This document shows, in pieces, positions 49,398 through 59,592 of a stretch of DNA of 64,000 nt. Position 1 is the stretch's first letter. Each line of letters opens with the position of its first letter. The notes under the pieces are model-generated. The model had not been told where the DNA came from, searched no databases, and was given only the letters and a program-made list of their open reading frames with translations. Origin of the DNA: an uncultured Eubacterium sp. (lineage in GTDB: Bacteria; Bacillota; Clostridia; Lachnospirales; Lachnospiraceae); contig CAZWAG010000001.1 of the NCBI GenBank assembly GCA_964631845.1, forward strand, positions 9,547 through 73,546, read 5' to 3'. The position numbers and the translations under genes are program-made.

Positions 49398-50153
49398 ATG
49401 AAACCAATAAAAGTATTGGTTGCAGAAGGAGACCAAGACCTTTTGCACAGGCTAACCTCAGAGATTGAAAATGCCCCCGATTTAAATCTCGTAGGTTCTA
49501 CATCCAATGGTAAAGACGTACTTGCGCTAATAGAAAAATCTCACCCAAATATCATTCTATTTGATATGTTTTTACCTTATTATGATGGTTTTTCTTTAAT
49601 CGAAAAAATCAGAGAAAATGACTTGTTTGAAAGTGACTCAAAATATATTATGACCTCGATGACGACAAATAATCAGTTAGTCAGCGAAACATTTAGACGT
49701 GGCATAGATTATTTGCTGATAAAGCCGTATGATTTAGATAGTATTTCTGACAAATTAAAGAGAATATATACAATAATGAATACTAAAACATATATAACAG
49801 GCAATCCTCAAAGCTTGCAGATAAGCATATCTAATTTTCTTGATAGCTTGGGGATTCCTGCAAGTCTGACCGGATACAAATATATTGCTACTGCTATTGA
49901 AAAAACAATGGACGATGAGGAAATGCTAGAGGGAGTTACCAAAATTTTGTATCCTGAAATAGCCAAGGCTCACAACTCAACACCCCAAAGAGTTGAAAAA
50001 GCCATTCGCCATGCTATAGAGGTTGCGTGGAACAAAAATCCAAATGGAATCGAAAAAGAGCCTTTTAAATTGATAATCAAGGATGGAAAAAATCGTCCTA
50101 CAAATTCTGAATTTATAGCTACTATTTGTAGACAGTTGAAGCTATCTACCTGA
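49398..50153 (+). CDS. Spo0A-like response regulator (divergent paralogue)
   Basis: Receiver domain (LFD, KPYD) plus Spo0A_C (GVTKILYPEIAK, RVEKAIRHAIEVAW, PTNSEFIA). No spoIVB next to it. Confidence 0.85.
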   Translation: MKPIKVLVAEGDQDLLHRLTSEIENAPDLNLVGSTSNGKDVLALIEKSHPNIILFDMFLPYYDGFSLIEKIRENDLFESDSKYIMTSMTTNNQLVSETFRRGIDYLLIKPYDLDSISDKLKRIYTIMNTKTYITGNPQSLQISISNFLDSLGIPASLTGYKYIATAIEKTMDDEEMLEGVTKILYPEIAKAHNSTPQRVEKAIRHAIEVAWNKNPNGIEKEPFKLIIKDGKNRPTNSEFIATICRQLKLST

Positions 50154-50178
50154 TAAGGAAACAGGGATGTACACCAAA

Positions 50179-50222
50179 AAGCCATCAGAATCTATATCAA
50201 TTTGATATCTTCTGATGGCTTA
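50179..50222. terminator. Bidirectional terminator between the Spo0A-like gene and GH76
   Basis: aagccatcagaa ... ttctgatggctt. Confidence 0.65.
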
Positions 50223-50229
50223 TTTCTAA

Positions 50230-53200
50230 TTATTTAACTTTTACTGTAACCTTTGCATATACACCATTTTGTGCATATACATATACTGTACAAGTTCCCT
50301 TTGCTTTCGCTGTTATCTTTCCTTTGCCTGATACTACCGCAACCTTTTCATTGCTTGTCTCATAGGAAATCTTTCTGTGATTCTTAATCTTTACTTTCTT
50401 TGCATCAGCAACCTGCTTTGCTTTGATTGTAAACGACTTACCTACTGACAGGCTTACTGTTTTCTTATTTAACTTAAGCTTCTTTGCATTTCCAACTTTT
50501 CCGCCCTTTGTAGCTGAGTGTATCATCTTTGAAATTGCAACTGCGTTTCCATTTTTATCTACCGCAACAATAAGGTACTTGTAATATTTACCTTTCTTAA
50601 GTTTCTTATGTGTAAATGAAGAACCTGTTGATTCTTTTACTTTCTTTATTTTCGAGCCACATCTTCCGGCATAAACAATGTACTTTGTAGCTCCTGAAAC
50701 CTTCTTCCATGTCACCTTGTTTGATTTCTTTGTTGTTGATTTTACCTTTGCACAAAGCTTTCCAAATGTTGAATCTGCAGGATCCTTGTCATTTTTAGCA
50801 CTTACAATTGCTTTGTCAACTGCATCTGCTTTTACATAAGTTGTTGAAGACTGATTTGTTGGTGCTGCTGTTGTAGGTTTTGCAGTTGTAGGTAACTGTA
50901 TTGGCTTTGCAGTAGTTGGCGCCTGTGTAGGCGCTACTGTTGGTGCATCCGTTGGCACCTGTGTTGGTTCCACTGTTGGAGCATCCGTTGGAGCATCTGT
51001 AGGCGCTTCTGTTGGTGTATTTGCCACCTCTTTCTTAAAGCTTACTGTAACCATCTCTGATTCACCATCAGCATTTACTGCTGTTACACCTATTGTATAT
51101 TCTCCATTTGATACTGAAGCAAAATAGTCCATTGCATTGTATGATGTTCCTACTACTGAATCAATTTTTGTTCCGTTAACATAGAAGTTGTATGACTCTG
51201 CTTTTGCTGACGCCTGCCATGCGAAATAGTATGGCAAATCTTCACTTCCTGCAAATGTAAGACCTACTACCTTATCCGGCTTTTCTACTGACGTGCCAGC
51301 TGTTGTTGAAGTAGCCTGAGTAGGTGCTTGAGTTGGAGCAACTGTTGGTGCCTGTGTAGGTGCTTGAGTAGGTGCCACGGTAGGTGCTTGTGTTGGTGCC
51401 TGCGTTGGTGCTACTGTAGGTGCCTGCGTTGTTGTTGGTGCTACTGTTGTAACCACATCTGTTGCAGGCTCACTGCTGTATTCCTTCAAACTTACGTTGC
51501 TAACTATAACGTTTGCTGCCAAAGCCTCTGTTCCATCCACATAGCCCATCATCAAGCCATATAAGTATTGATTTTTTATGCCGTTTGCCTTGAATACTGT
51601 CTGGTATGTATATGGCACTCCCGCCTCAACTGAGAAAACTGTATTCTGGTTTATTACACTCCAGTCTCCACCATTGTCAGCATCACTCTGAACTAACAGC
51701 TGGAACTTTCTGGCAACATCAGATGTAACTGTAACTGTTGCCTTGTACCATCTTCCATCTACAAGTGCGATATCTGTCTGTTTAAGCTGTGTTGACCAGT
51801 TTTCACCAGATGTATATGCCGGCACACTCACTGAGACAGAGCCGTTTGAATTATTTGTATATTCTGCTCCGTATTCAATCCAGTTGTCGCCTCCAACAAA
51901 CGCAGTGTTCTTTAACAGTTCAGCTCCCTCTACCAATGGTCTTGTTGTAGTAGGCGCCTGTGTTGTTGTCACTACATCTTCTTTATATAAAGCCACACTA
52001 TATGTGTTGCCCTCAACATCTTTAACTGTAATCTTAGTTTCACCTTTTGGTATTTTTGAAACAGGGAATCCTACTCCTCCCCCGACAATTTTAGCTCCGT
52101 CAAAAGAAGTTTCCTGCACAGCTATTGGAAAAGTAATATAAGCAACAGAAACTCCATCCTGATCTTTTTGAAGATTTACAATGTTAACACTGCTGTCACT
52201 TGTATATGCCTTACACGTATTGTTTAAGGCTCCACCCTCTGCTCCATCAACAAGGTATGCGACCTTGCTCCAATCAATCTCCTCTGATTTTGTTGTAGGA
52301 GCAGGTGTTGTTGTTTCCTCTACATATTCCACAAACTGGAAATAATCAAAATTACATACGTAGCTTGTGCTTGTCTTAAACACTACATAAATCCTATGCT
52401 TTCCGGTAATTTTCTTTGAAGTGTTTACCGTAACCGTATTCCACGTTGACCAATCTCCTGTCGGTGAAATTGAAGCAGAAGCAATTAAATCACCATCAGT
52501 TGCATCTGCTCTGAATTCAATTGTTCCATTTGATCCTTCGTTAATCTTTGAATATTTGAAAATAATCTTTGATGCACCTTTGCTTCCAAAATCAACATTA
52601 TAATAACCCGTATAATATCCATTCTGAATTCCACCAAGACTTCTTCCTCCTGATGTTCCGGATGAATTTTCTGATATAAGTCCCCTTGTATAGTCCATAT
52701 CCTCAGCTTCAATAACTGAATAAGCGTCTCTGTCAATTGAACTATTATAAGTTGGGATGTTTGCAATCAAAGAAATTGCATTATATCCTGCAGATTCATT
52801 CCAATCAGCATTTTCAGAAGCTTTTTTCTGCCATGAGCACTGCTGAATATTTGCGCTGTTTCTGTTCATCCATGCAACTGTCGCATTCTTTGTAAAGAAA
52901 GATAAATATTCATTTTTATCCATCTCGAGAATATACTGTCTGATGTATCTGACAAGTATTCCTCGCATACCTGCCAAATCTCCATTGTTAGTATTTTCCT
53001 GAACTAATATATTGTTATAGCAAAGATGATTTAATGTATATTTCATTATATTATCAGCATCTGTGCTAAACATTGAATCCTTGTAGTGATTGTAAAGCAT
53101 AACTGCCGATCCAAGATATGTACCCTGGTTATATGTAGATACCCAACTGTTTGCAATTGAGCCATCACTTTTAATGCAGTCATTTACGCGTCCCGCTTCA

Positions 53201-54336
53201 TCTCCTTCAGCGACATACAAGTTAGAATTGCGCTGAGCCAAATAAATTTTCTTTGCCTTTTCCCAATACGATTCATCGCCTGTTGCCATACCTAAATAGC
53301 AGGCTGCAACTGTAGCAGGCCCATTAATACATCCGTGTGTAGTATCTCTCTTATCACTTTCTTCACACCATCTAAGAACACCTGTAGCCACTCCGTTCAA
53401 TTCGTATGTTGAAGCTCTGTTGTACATAAAGTCAAAATTCTTTTTTGCGATGTCAAGATATGTTGAATTGCCAAGCATCATATAAGCTCTGCAGGCTGCA
53501 ATCGAAGCCCAGGTAATATCATCGTTATAATTATTGCTTGTCCAATAATCTCCATTTCTGGCAACAAAGTCATTGAAGGTTCCAACAAACATATCCTTGT
53601 ATGTTGACTGGCCTGTCAACTCGTAACCGTCAAGCATACCTTCCATAACTTCTGCTATACCCCAGAATCCACCACCTAAAGTATCGTATCCCGTAGTATC
53701 ATTTTTCTTGAAATATTTATTTCTAAATGCAGACACCATAGTATTTGCATTTGCTTCCGTAAACGTATTATCTTCAGCAGTCGAAGCTGATATTCTCCAA
53801 ATCTGTCTTGTGCTTTCGTCTGATGCCTTTGTATTGAGGGCAACCTGTGCTCCGTCGCTGTTATCATTATCTGCCTGTTTTACTTCTGCATATAAATCCT
53901 GTCCGTTCGATGATTTTACAGCTGATCTGATATAAAAGCATCCTGAATAAGTTCCGGATGTGATTGGTTCTAACGCCCATTTATAGTTATTTGAATTGTC
54001 ATAACCATTAAAATCGCATGTGCTTCCTGCTGACGTTCCGCAGATTTTCATGCTCTTGTCCGAACCAATATTAGTAAATGAGTAATAGCTGTCGCGCTCA
54101 GTAAGCTTCCATCTTGAAAGATTGCTGATTGCACTTGTGTTCCACACTACTGCGTTTGCATAGAAGGTTGACATGTCCGTCTGAGTCAACGCCTTCCCAT
54201 TGTAAACATTAACAATAGTGTACGTTCCGTTGTTTGTGATTCCTGATACAGCTGCGCTTACCTTTGTCTGTTGTACAGGCATAGGTGTAACAACAAGCAT
54301 TACAGCCATCAGAAATGCAATGATTTTCCTTTTCAT
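50230..54336 (-). CDS. Secreted multimodular GH76 (alpha-1,6-mannanase-like): ricin-B, GH76, CBM6, CBM4/9-like, PT linkers, Fn3, Ig-like
   Basis: YNDDITW catalytic DD motif, STYNQG, IEAED...YYNVDFG (CBM6), ricin QxW repeats, APTQAPT linkers. Confidence 0.85.
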   Translation of the reverse strand: MKRKIIAFLMAVMLVVTPMPVQQTKVSAAVSGITNNGTYTIVNVYNGKALTQTDMSTFYANAVVWNTSAISNLSRWKLTERDSYYSFTNIGSDKSMKICGTSAGSTCDFNGYDNSNNYKWALEPITSGTYSGCFYIRSAVKSSNGQDLYAEVKQADNDNSDGAQVALNTKASDESTRQIWRISASTAEDNTFTEANANTMVSAFRNKYFKKNDTTGYDTLGGGFWGIAEVMEGMLDGYELTGQSTYKDMFVGTFNDFVARNGDYWTSNNYNDDITWASIAACRAYMMLGNSTYLDIAKKNFDFMYNRASTYELNGVATGVLRWCEESDKRDTTHGCINGPATVAACYLGMATGDESYWEKAKKIYLAQRNSNLYVAEGDEAGRVNDCIKSDGSIANSWVSTYNQGTYLGSAVMLYNHYKDSMFSTDADNIMKYTLNHLCYNNILVQENTNNGDLAGMRGILVRYIRQYILEMDKNEYLSFFTKNATVAWMNRNSANIQQCSWQKKASENADWNESAGYNAISLIANIPTYNSSIDRDAYSVIEAEDMDYTRGLISENSSGTSGGRSLGGIQNGYYTGYYNVDFGSKGASKIIFKYSKINEGSNGTIEFRADATDGDLIASASISPTGDWSTWNTVTVNTSKKITGKHRIYVVFKTSTSYVCNFDYFQFVEYVEETTTPAPTTKSEEIDWSKVAYLVDGAEGGALNNTCKAYTSDSSVNIVNLQKDQDGVSVAYITFPIAVQETSFDGAKIVGGGVGFPVSKIPKGETKITVKDVEGNTYSVALYKEDVVTTTQAPTTTRPLVEGAELLKNTAFVGGDNWIEYGAEYTNNSNGSVSVSVPAYTSGENWSTQLKQTDIALVDGRWYKATVTVTSDVARKFQLLVQSDADNGGDWSVINQNTVFSVEAGVPYTYQTVFKANGIKNQYLYGLMMGYVDGTEALAANVIVSNVSLKEYSSEPATDVVTTVAPTTTQAPTVAPTQAPTQAPTVAPTQAPTQAPTVAPTQAPTQATSTTAGTSVEKPDKVVGLTFAGSEDLPYYFAWQASAKAESYNFYVNGTKIDSVVGTSYNAMDYFASVSNGEYTIGVTAVNADGESEMVTVSFKKEVANTPTEAPTDAPTDAPTVEPTQVPTDAPTVAPTQAPTTAKPIQLPTTAKPTTAAPTNQSSTTYVKADAVDKAIVSAKNDKDPADSTFGKLCAKVKSTTKKSNKVTWKKVSGATKYIVYAGRCGSKIKKVKESTGSSFTHKKLKKGKYYKYLIVAVDKNGNAVAISKMIHSATKGGKVGNAKKLKLNKKTVSLSVGKSFTIKAKQVADAKKVKIKNHRKISYETSNEKVAVVSGKGKITAKAKGTCTVYVYAQNGVYAKVTVKVK

Positions 54337-54349
54337 TTCCCTCTCCTTT

Positions 54350-54610
54350 TTAATTCCTTTTGTTTTCCCTTTCTATTTCATCTATTATTGCTTTGCATTT
54401 TACAACCAGCATTCTTTTGATTGCTGAAAATATAAAAGCAAATATAAGACACATAAAAAAGCAAACTGCAACCACAGTCAGATTGCTTTCTTTAAAATAG
54501 ACATATAATATAACGAGCAACACTGCACTGATGGCAAACATAAATTTGATGCCATTTGATACAGTCTTGATTAAATCCTTGTACCTTTTTAAATCTTCTT
54601 CTCTATCCAT
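54350..54610 (-). CDS. Small two-TM hypothetical protein
   Basis: Two hydrophobic helices, co-oriented between the GDT1 and GH76 genes. Confidence 0.55.
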   Translation of the reverse strand: MDREEDLKRYKDLIKTVSNGIKFMFAISAVLLVILYVYFKESNLTVVAVCFFMCLIFAFIFSAIKRMLVVKCKAIIDEIERENKRN

Positions 54611-54660
54611 TTTTATATATGATGTATCTTTCCTAAATACATCCTGCTCCTCTCCCTTTA

Positions 54661-55335
54661 CTATTTAACCTTTCTCTGGGACATATAATAAGCAACGCAT
54701 AACACAATAAATACAGCTGTTGCTCCAATACATATACCAAGAGCAGTTGTCGTATTGCCCATCTTGAGGATTAATCCCTGTCTCAGAGTAAATACACCAA
54801 ATATCGCAAAGATTACAAACGCTAGAACTCCAAGGAAGCCCTCCGGCATCTTGCTTTTTAGCAAATATCCTGCCATCATTCCTAAAACGTCTGCTGCAAA
54901 CAAACCTATTGAACAGGCACCCCAAACTAAAAGCGCTGAGCTCAATCCTTCATTTGCTCCAAATGTAATCGCAGTAAGCTGTGTCTTGTCTCCAAGCTCA
55001 GCCACGAAAAATGTAAAAAATACTGCAACGGGCGCAAGCTTGAAATTATTATCCTTTGCCTCTTCCTCATCGTCGTCATCTGCTTTTAATGATGTTATGG
55101 CAAAATACATAAAAGCAATTGCTGCAACTATTTTAATAAGCCACGTTGGAATCATTTCACCAACCAAACCGCCTGCCAAAACGGCGAGTCCATTGAGAAC
55201 AGCTATAGCTACTGCCGTGCCAAGAATAATATCTCTGACTTTATACTTTGATGTCATCGCCACAAGCATAAGCTGTGTCTTATCTCCCATTTCGGCAATA
55301 AATTCAGTAAATAGTACTTTTAAAAATAACAGCAT
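54661..55335 (-). CDS. TMEM165/GDT1 (UPF0016) Mn2+/Ca2+ transporter
   Basis: Two ExGDKT motifs (EMGDKTQL, ELGDKTQL) with an acidic central loop. Confidence 0.93.
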   Translation of the reverse strand: MLLFLKVLFTEFIAEMGDKTQLMLVAMTSKYKVRDIILGTAVAIAVLNGLAVLAGGLVGEMIPTWLIKIVAAIAFMYFAITSLKADDDDEEEAKDNNFKLAPVAVFFTFFVAELGDKTQLTAITFGANEGLSSALLVWGACSIGLFAADVLGMMAGYLLKSKMPEGFLGVLAFVIFAIFGVFTLRQGLILKMGNTTTALGICIGATAVFIVLCVAYYMSQRKVK

Positions 55336-55570
55336 CTCTACGTTCCTCTTTTAATCATTTAATTATTATCTTTTTCAATTAGATTATTACTAAACGGGTT
55401 GCCGCACTCCGGAAGCAATCCTTTTAAAACTTATCTTTTTATTTTACACATATATACAATAGTTAGTCTACACGAACTTTATATTATTTTTTCTTCTATT
55501 TATACTAGGATTGCATATCATATTTATGTTATACTCACTATATTAAGGTTTCAAAAGAAAGGAATACAAA

Positions 55571-56389
55571 ATGTCAAAAGAAACAAAATTTACAGGAACT
55601 GACACTTATGTTGCTTCAGATGAACTTATGGCCTCTGTTGAGGTTGCGATGCAGCTTCAAAAGCCACTGCTCATTAAGGGAGAACCAGGTACAGGAAAGA
55701 CTATGCTTGCCGATGCCGTAGCAAAGGCAATGAATACTGAGCTTTTAATATGGAATATTAAATCAACCACAAAGGCACAGGATGGTCTTTATATATATGA
55801 TACCATTCAACGTCTCTACGACAGCCAGTTTGGAGAGGAAGGCGTTGATGACATTGCAAGATATATCAAGCTTGGTAAATTAGGAGAGGCTTTCAAAAAG
55901 GAAAAGCAGGTCGTTCTTCTAATCGACGAAATTGACAAGGCCGACCTAGAATTCCCTAACGATTTGTTGTGGGAGCTTGATAAGATGGAATTTTATATTA
56001 ACGAGACAAAGGAAACTGTAAAGGCAAAAATCCGTCCTATCGTTATCATAACTTCAAACGCTGAGAAGGAATTGCCAGACGCTTTTCTTCGCCGTTGTAT
56101 TTTCCACTATATTGCGTTCCCCGATCAGGCAATGATGAAGCAGATTGTTGATGCTCATTTTGAAAATCTCGAGGAGCACCTTCTTGAACAGGCAATGAAG
56201 ACATTTTACTGGATTCGCGGTATAAGAGATGTCAGAAAGAAACCAAGCACATCAGAATTTATCGACTGGATTCGCGCTCTAATGATTGGTGGCGTTGACC
56301 CGGATACAATTCAAAAAGAATTGCCATTTCTTGGCGTTCTTATAAAAAAGGATGAAGATTTGGAACTCGTCAAGGATATGAATAACTAA
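55571..56389 (+). CDS. MoxR-family AAA+ ATPase (CoxD-like)
   Basis: GEPGTGKT, LLIDEIDKAD, ELPDAFLRRC, KKPSTSE. Confidence 0.92.
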   Translation: MSKETKFTGTDTYVASDELMASVEVAMQLQKPLLIKGEPGTGKTMLADAVAKAMNTELLIWNIKSTTKAQDGLYIYDTIQRLYDSQFGEEGVDDIARYIKLGKLGEAFKKEKQVVLLIDEIDKADLEFPNDLLWELDKMEFYINETKETVKAKIRPIVIITSNAEKELPDAFLRRCIFHYIAFPDQAMMKQIVDAHFENLEEHLLEQAMKTFYWIRGIRDVRKKPSTSEFIDWIRALMIGGVDPDTIQKELPFLGVLIKKDEDLELVKDMNN

Positions 56390-56461
56390 ATGAGTTTATA
56401 AAATGAAACTTTATTAACAAATTGCTTAACTAATGCAGACATTATTAACAAGGAGACTTAT

Positions 56462-57667
56462 ATGTTCACTCCGTTTTTCTATACTTTAAAAAGCAATGGT
56501 CTAGACATATCAACTACAGAATGGCTCACTCTTATGGACGCGCTCGACAAGGGGTTAGCGCACTCAAATTTTACAGACTTTTATTACTTATGTCGTACTG
56601 TTCTGGTCAAGAGCGAGGTTGATTACGACAAACTGGACTCCGCCTTTTTAGAGTACTTTAAAAATATAAAAGAAGAAAAACTAAATATGGATAAAATAGA
56701 CAAGTGGCTGCACAACGATGCAAAGGATGCAAAACTTGCAAAACCCGAGATGTACCGTGATATGCGTACCAAACGCGAGGCAAAGGAAGTTCATAGAATG
56801 TTCCGCGAACGTCTCGGTGAACAGCACACAGAGCACAACGGCGGTAATTATTGGATTGGTACCGGCGGTGGTTCTGAGTTTGGCAAAAATGGTCATGTTG
56901 CCGGTGGTATACAGCTGGGCGATAAGGCCGGTATGAAAACTGCTTTTGCAGTGCTTGGTGAGAGACGCTACAAGGACTTTCGTCACGACACCAAGCTTAC
57001 AATGCGTCAGTTCCAGGTTGCTTTCAGACAGCTTCGTCAATATTCCAGAAAAATGGATTTGCCAAAGACTGAGCTGGATATAGACGGAACAATCGATTCA
57101 ACCTGCAACCAGGGTGGATATTTGAAATTAGAATTTGAGCAGCCTAGAAAGAATTCTGTAAAGCTTATGCTCTTATTTGACAGTGGTGGTTCAATGTACC
57201 CTTACAGCGAGCTTTGCAACGAGCTGTTCCAGGCTGTTGATAAAGCAAATCACTTTAAGGACGTAAAGACATTTTATTTCCACAATTGTATATACGCAAA
57301 GCTCTACAAATCGCCTGAATGTAACAGTGGCGACTGGATTGATACAACATGGGCATTCAAAAATTATGACAAGGATTATAAGGTTATCATCGTGGGCGAT
57401 GCCGGAATGGCTCCTGAAGAATTCCATGACCCAAACGGTAATTACAGTGGTCCTAACGGTGGAATGTCGGGATATGAATGGATTCAGCTCTGGAAGAAAA
57501 AATATCCAAACACAGTATGGCTCAACCCTTCCTATCACGGAGATTTGACAAATATGTACTGGATGGAATCAGAGAGATTGATTCGCGAAACTATTGATAT
57601 GTATCCACTGACCGTTGACGGTTTGAAGCGCGGTATACAAAAGCTTATGAATCCAAATAAGCAATAA
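56462..57667 (+). CDS. VWA-domain CoxE-like partner protein
   Basis: HNGGNYWIGTGG, MIDAS-like DSGGSM, YFHNC, VGDA.M.P, WLNP. Confidence 0.88.
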   Translation: MFTPFFYTLKSNGLDISTTEWLTLMDALDKGLAHSNFTDFYYLCRTVLVKSEVDYDKLDSAFLEYFKNIKEEKLNMDKIDKWLHNDAKDAKLAKPEMYRDMRTKREAKEVHRMFRERLGEQHTEHNGGNYWIGTGGGSEFGKNGHVAGGIQLGDKAGMKTAFAVLGERRYKDFRHDTKLTMRQFQVAFRQLRQYSRKMDLPKTELDIDGTIDSTCNQGGYLKLEFEQPRKNSVKLMLLFDSGGSMYPYSELCNELFQAVDKANHFKDVKTFYFHNCIYAKLYKSPECNSGDWIDTTWAFKNYDKDYKVIIVGDAGMAPEEFHDPNGNYSGPNGGMSGYEWIQLWKKKYPNTVWLNPSYHGDLTNMYWMESERLIRETIDMYPLTVDGLKRGIQKLMNPNKQ

Positions 57668-57738
57668 AAAACACAGTTGCAATTTCTACCCCCAATCAAA
57701 CTATTTTGTGGGTTCCTTATTCGCAACTGTGTTTTTTT
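57666..57738. terminator. Long-loop bidirectional hairpin between the VWA gene and ppaC
   Basis: aaaaaacacagttgc ... gcaactgtgtttttt. Confidence 0.55.
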
Positions 57739-57742
57739 ACAT

Positions 57743-59380
57743 TTATACTTCCTGCAATACATTCATCATGGCAGGAATCAACTGCTTCTTTCTCGAGACA
57801 ATTCCTTTAAGCACACATGCATCCTTACTTATATCGATACCAAATGCATCCTGTATAAGCTGTGGAGCACCCTCCCCGTAGCTGATGAGTTCAGTGCTTT
57901 CATCAAGAATATTTGTTAGCATAAAGAATACCATCTGCATTCCATGTGTTCCACATTCGTACTGAAGCTGTGGCAACAATCTCTCTTTTATAGTCTGCAA
58001 TTCATCTGCTGCCATAGAGCTGATTTGACCAACACCAAAAGCAACATCTCCTGCAATAAATTTCTTGAAGTCCTGATAGAATATTTCTTCTGTAGCCTTT
58101 CCGCTAAGATTGCTTCCGGCACGGAACATATCCATCGCGAATGGTTCTATCTCTATATTTGCTATTTCTGCAAGGTTCTTTGCTGCCTCCTGATCTACAA
58201 ATGTACATGTAGGTGAACGGAACATCAACGTATCTGACAAAATTGCTGCGCACAACAGACCCGCAATCTTTTCCGGAATTGCAACATTCTGCTCTCTAAA
58301 CATCTGATAAACGATGGTGGCTGTACATCCCACCGGCTGGTTTCTAAATATGATAGGAGCTGATGTCTCCAATGTTCCGATTCTGTGATGGTCAACTATC
58401 TCAAGGATTTCTGCCTGCTCGATATTGTCAGCAGCCTGTGAAAGTTCATTGTGGTCAACAAGAATAACCTGTTTCTTTGCAACATTCAGGAAATTTCTAC
58501 GTGAAATTGTTCCTACATACTTGTCATTTTTATCTAGTATAGGGAAGTTTCTAAAACGATTCTTACCCATAATGGCTCTAATCTTTTCTGTAAAATCCTC
58601 CATATGAAATTTTATAAGATTTTCTGAAACCATCAAAGCACTTACCGGAATACTCTGCTCTATCATCTTTGCAATTGTAAACGAATCATGTGGTGTTGAA
58701 ATAATTACACAATCTTTTTCTTTTGCGTAATTGCAAATAGCCGGTGATACCTCCGCGCTAGCACACACAACAATACAGGACGCGCCATATTCGATGGCAT
58801 TCAGATGATCCTCGGACCTATTTCCAAGAATAACCAAATCATTATCCTCAATATATGACTTAACTAAATCTGCATTTCCTGCACCAATAAAAACTTTACC
58901 TTTGTCAAACACTTTCTCCCCATCGCCAACTAAGATTTCACCGTCCAAGGTGTCTGCAATATTTTTAAACGGAGTATGTGCCTCAGACAAAGCTCTTGGG
59001 TTCTGGCGCATCATACTGTTCGTAATGTCAGACATTGAAATAATACCTTCAAGATTATTTTCATCGTCTGTCATAGGAAGAGTAATAGCCTGGTTTTCCT
59101 TCATAAACTCCCATGCTGTACGCACGGTAATATCCTTTGACATTCCTGGAAGCTTTCGGATTTCCATATCACGAACCTGAGATCCTACATCCGGTAAATA
59201 TCCTGGAGTTTGCACGCCAAAATATTTTAAAACAAATTCTGTTTCTTCATTAATCTGTCCCGCTCTCCTTGGGGAAAAATGACCTTCCTCTGTCTGATTT
59301 TTTAAATATGCTAACGCAATGGCTGAGCATATTGAATCCGTATCAGGATTCTTGTGCCCTATAACGTATTTTTTTCTCAT
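57743..59380 (-). CDS. ppaC: Mn-dependent family II inorganic pyrophosphatase with CBS and DRTGG domains
   Basis: GHKNPDTDS, CBS-DRTGG-CBS insert, LVDHNE, DHH, SDTL, VSRKKQ. Confidence 0.94.
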   Translation of the reverse strand: MRKKYVIGHKNPDTDSICSAIALAYLKNQTEEGHFSPRRAGQINEETEFVLKYFGVQTPGYLPDVGSQVRDMEIRKLPGMSKDITVRTAWEFMKENQAITLPMTDDENNLEGIISMSDITNSMMRQNPRALSEAHTPFKNIADTLDGEILVGDGEKVFDKGKVFIGAGNADLVKSYIEDNDLVILGNRSEDHLNAIEYGASCIVVCASAEVSPAICNYAKEKDCVIISTPHDSFTIAKMIEQSIPVSALMVSENLIKFHMEDFTEKIRAIMGKNRFRNFPILDKNDKYVGTISRRNFLNVAKKQVILVDHNELSQAADNIEQAEILEIVDHHRIGTLETSAPIIFRNQPVGCTATIVYQMFREQNVAIPEKIAGLLCAAILSDTLMFRSPTCTFVDQEAAKNLAEIANIEIEPFAMDMFRAGSNLSGKATEEIFYQDFKKFIAGDVAFGVGQISSMAADELQTIKERLLPQLQYECGTHGMQMVFFMLTNILDESTELISYGEGAPQLIQDAFGIDISKDACVLKGIVSRKKQLIPAMMNVLQEV

Positions 59381-59516
59381 AATAATTCTCCATTCTGCCG
59401 CCGTTAGTTAGCGACACAAATATTTTCATACAAAATTATACTTGTTAATAGTATACTTTTTATTATTTTATTAATCAACAAGAAAGAGTTTTTGATTTTA
59501 TTAGGGAAGGCTTTCC

Positions 59517-59545
59517 TTGACACGCTTTTTTAAATTAATTATGAT
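59517..59545 (+). promoter_or_regulatory. sigma-A promoter for the small membrane-protein pair
   Basis: TTGACA-N17-TATGAT. Confidence 0.65.
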
Positions 59546-59592
59546 TGTTGTAGGAAAATGAAAAGACTATTATATATAAAGGAGGGCTAGTT

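Noticed and set aside
48528-50153. Prophage immunity region
   Set aside because: No integrase, replication or structural phage genes nearby.
50160-50173. aacagggatgtaca as a fifth copy of the dispersed repeat head
   Set aside because: Only about 9 nt match, and the following hairpin lacks the ACCTGCA/TGCAGGT core.
50860-51455. Tandem 12-24 nt repeats as a possible CRISPR array or VNTR
   Set aside because: They are in-frame APTQ/APTD/APTV linker codons of the GH76 protein, with no unique spacers and no cas genes.
55336-55570. yybP-ykoY Mn riboswitch upstream of the GDT1 gene
   Set aside because: I could not find the conserved GGGGAGUA / CAAUAC / GAGACC elements, only a small hairpin.
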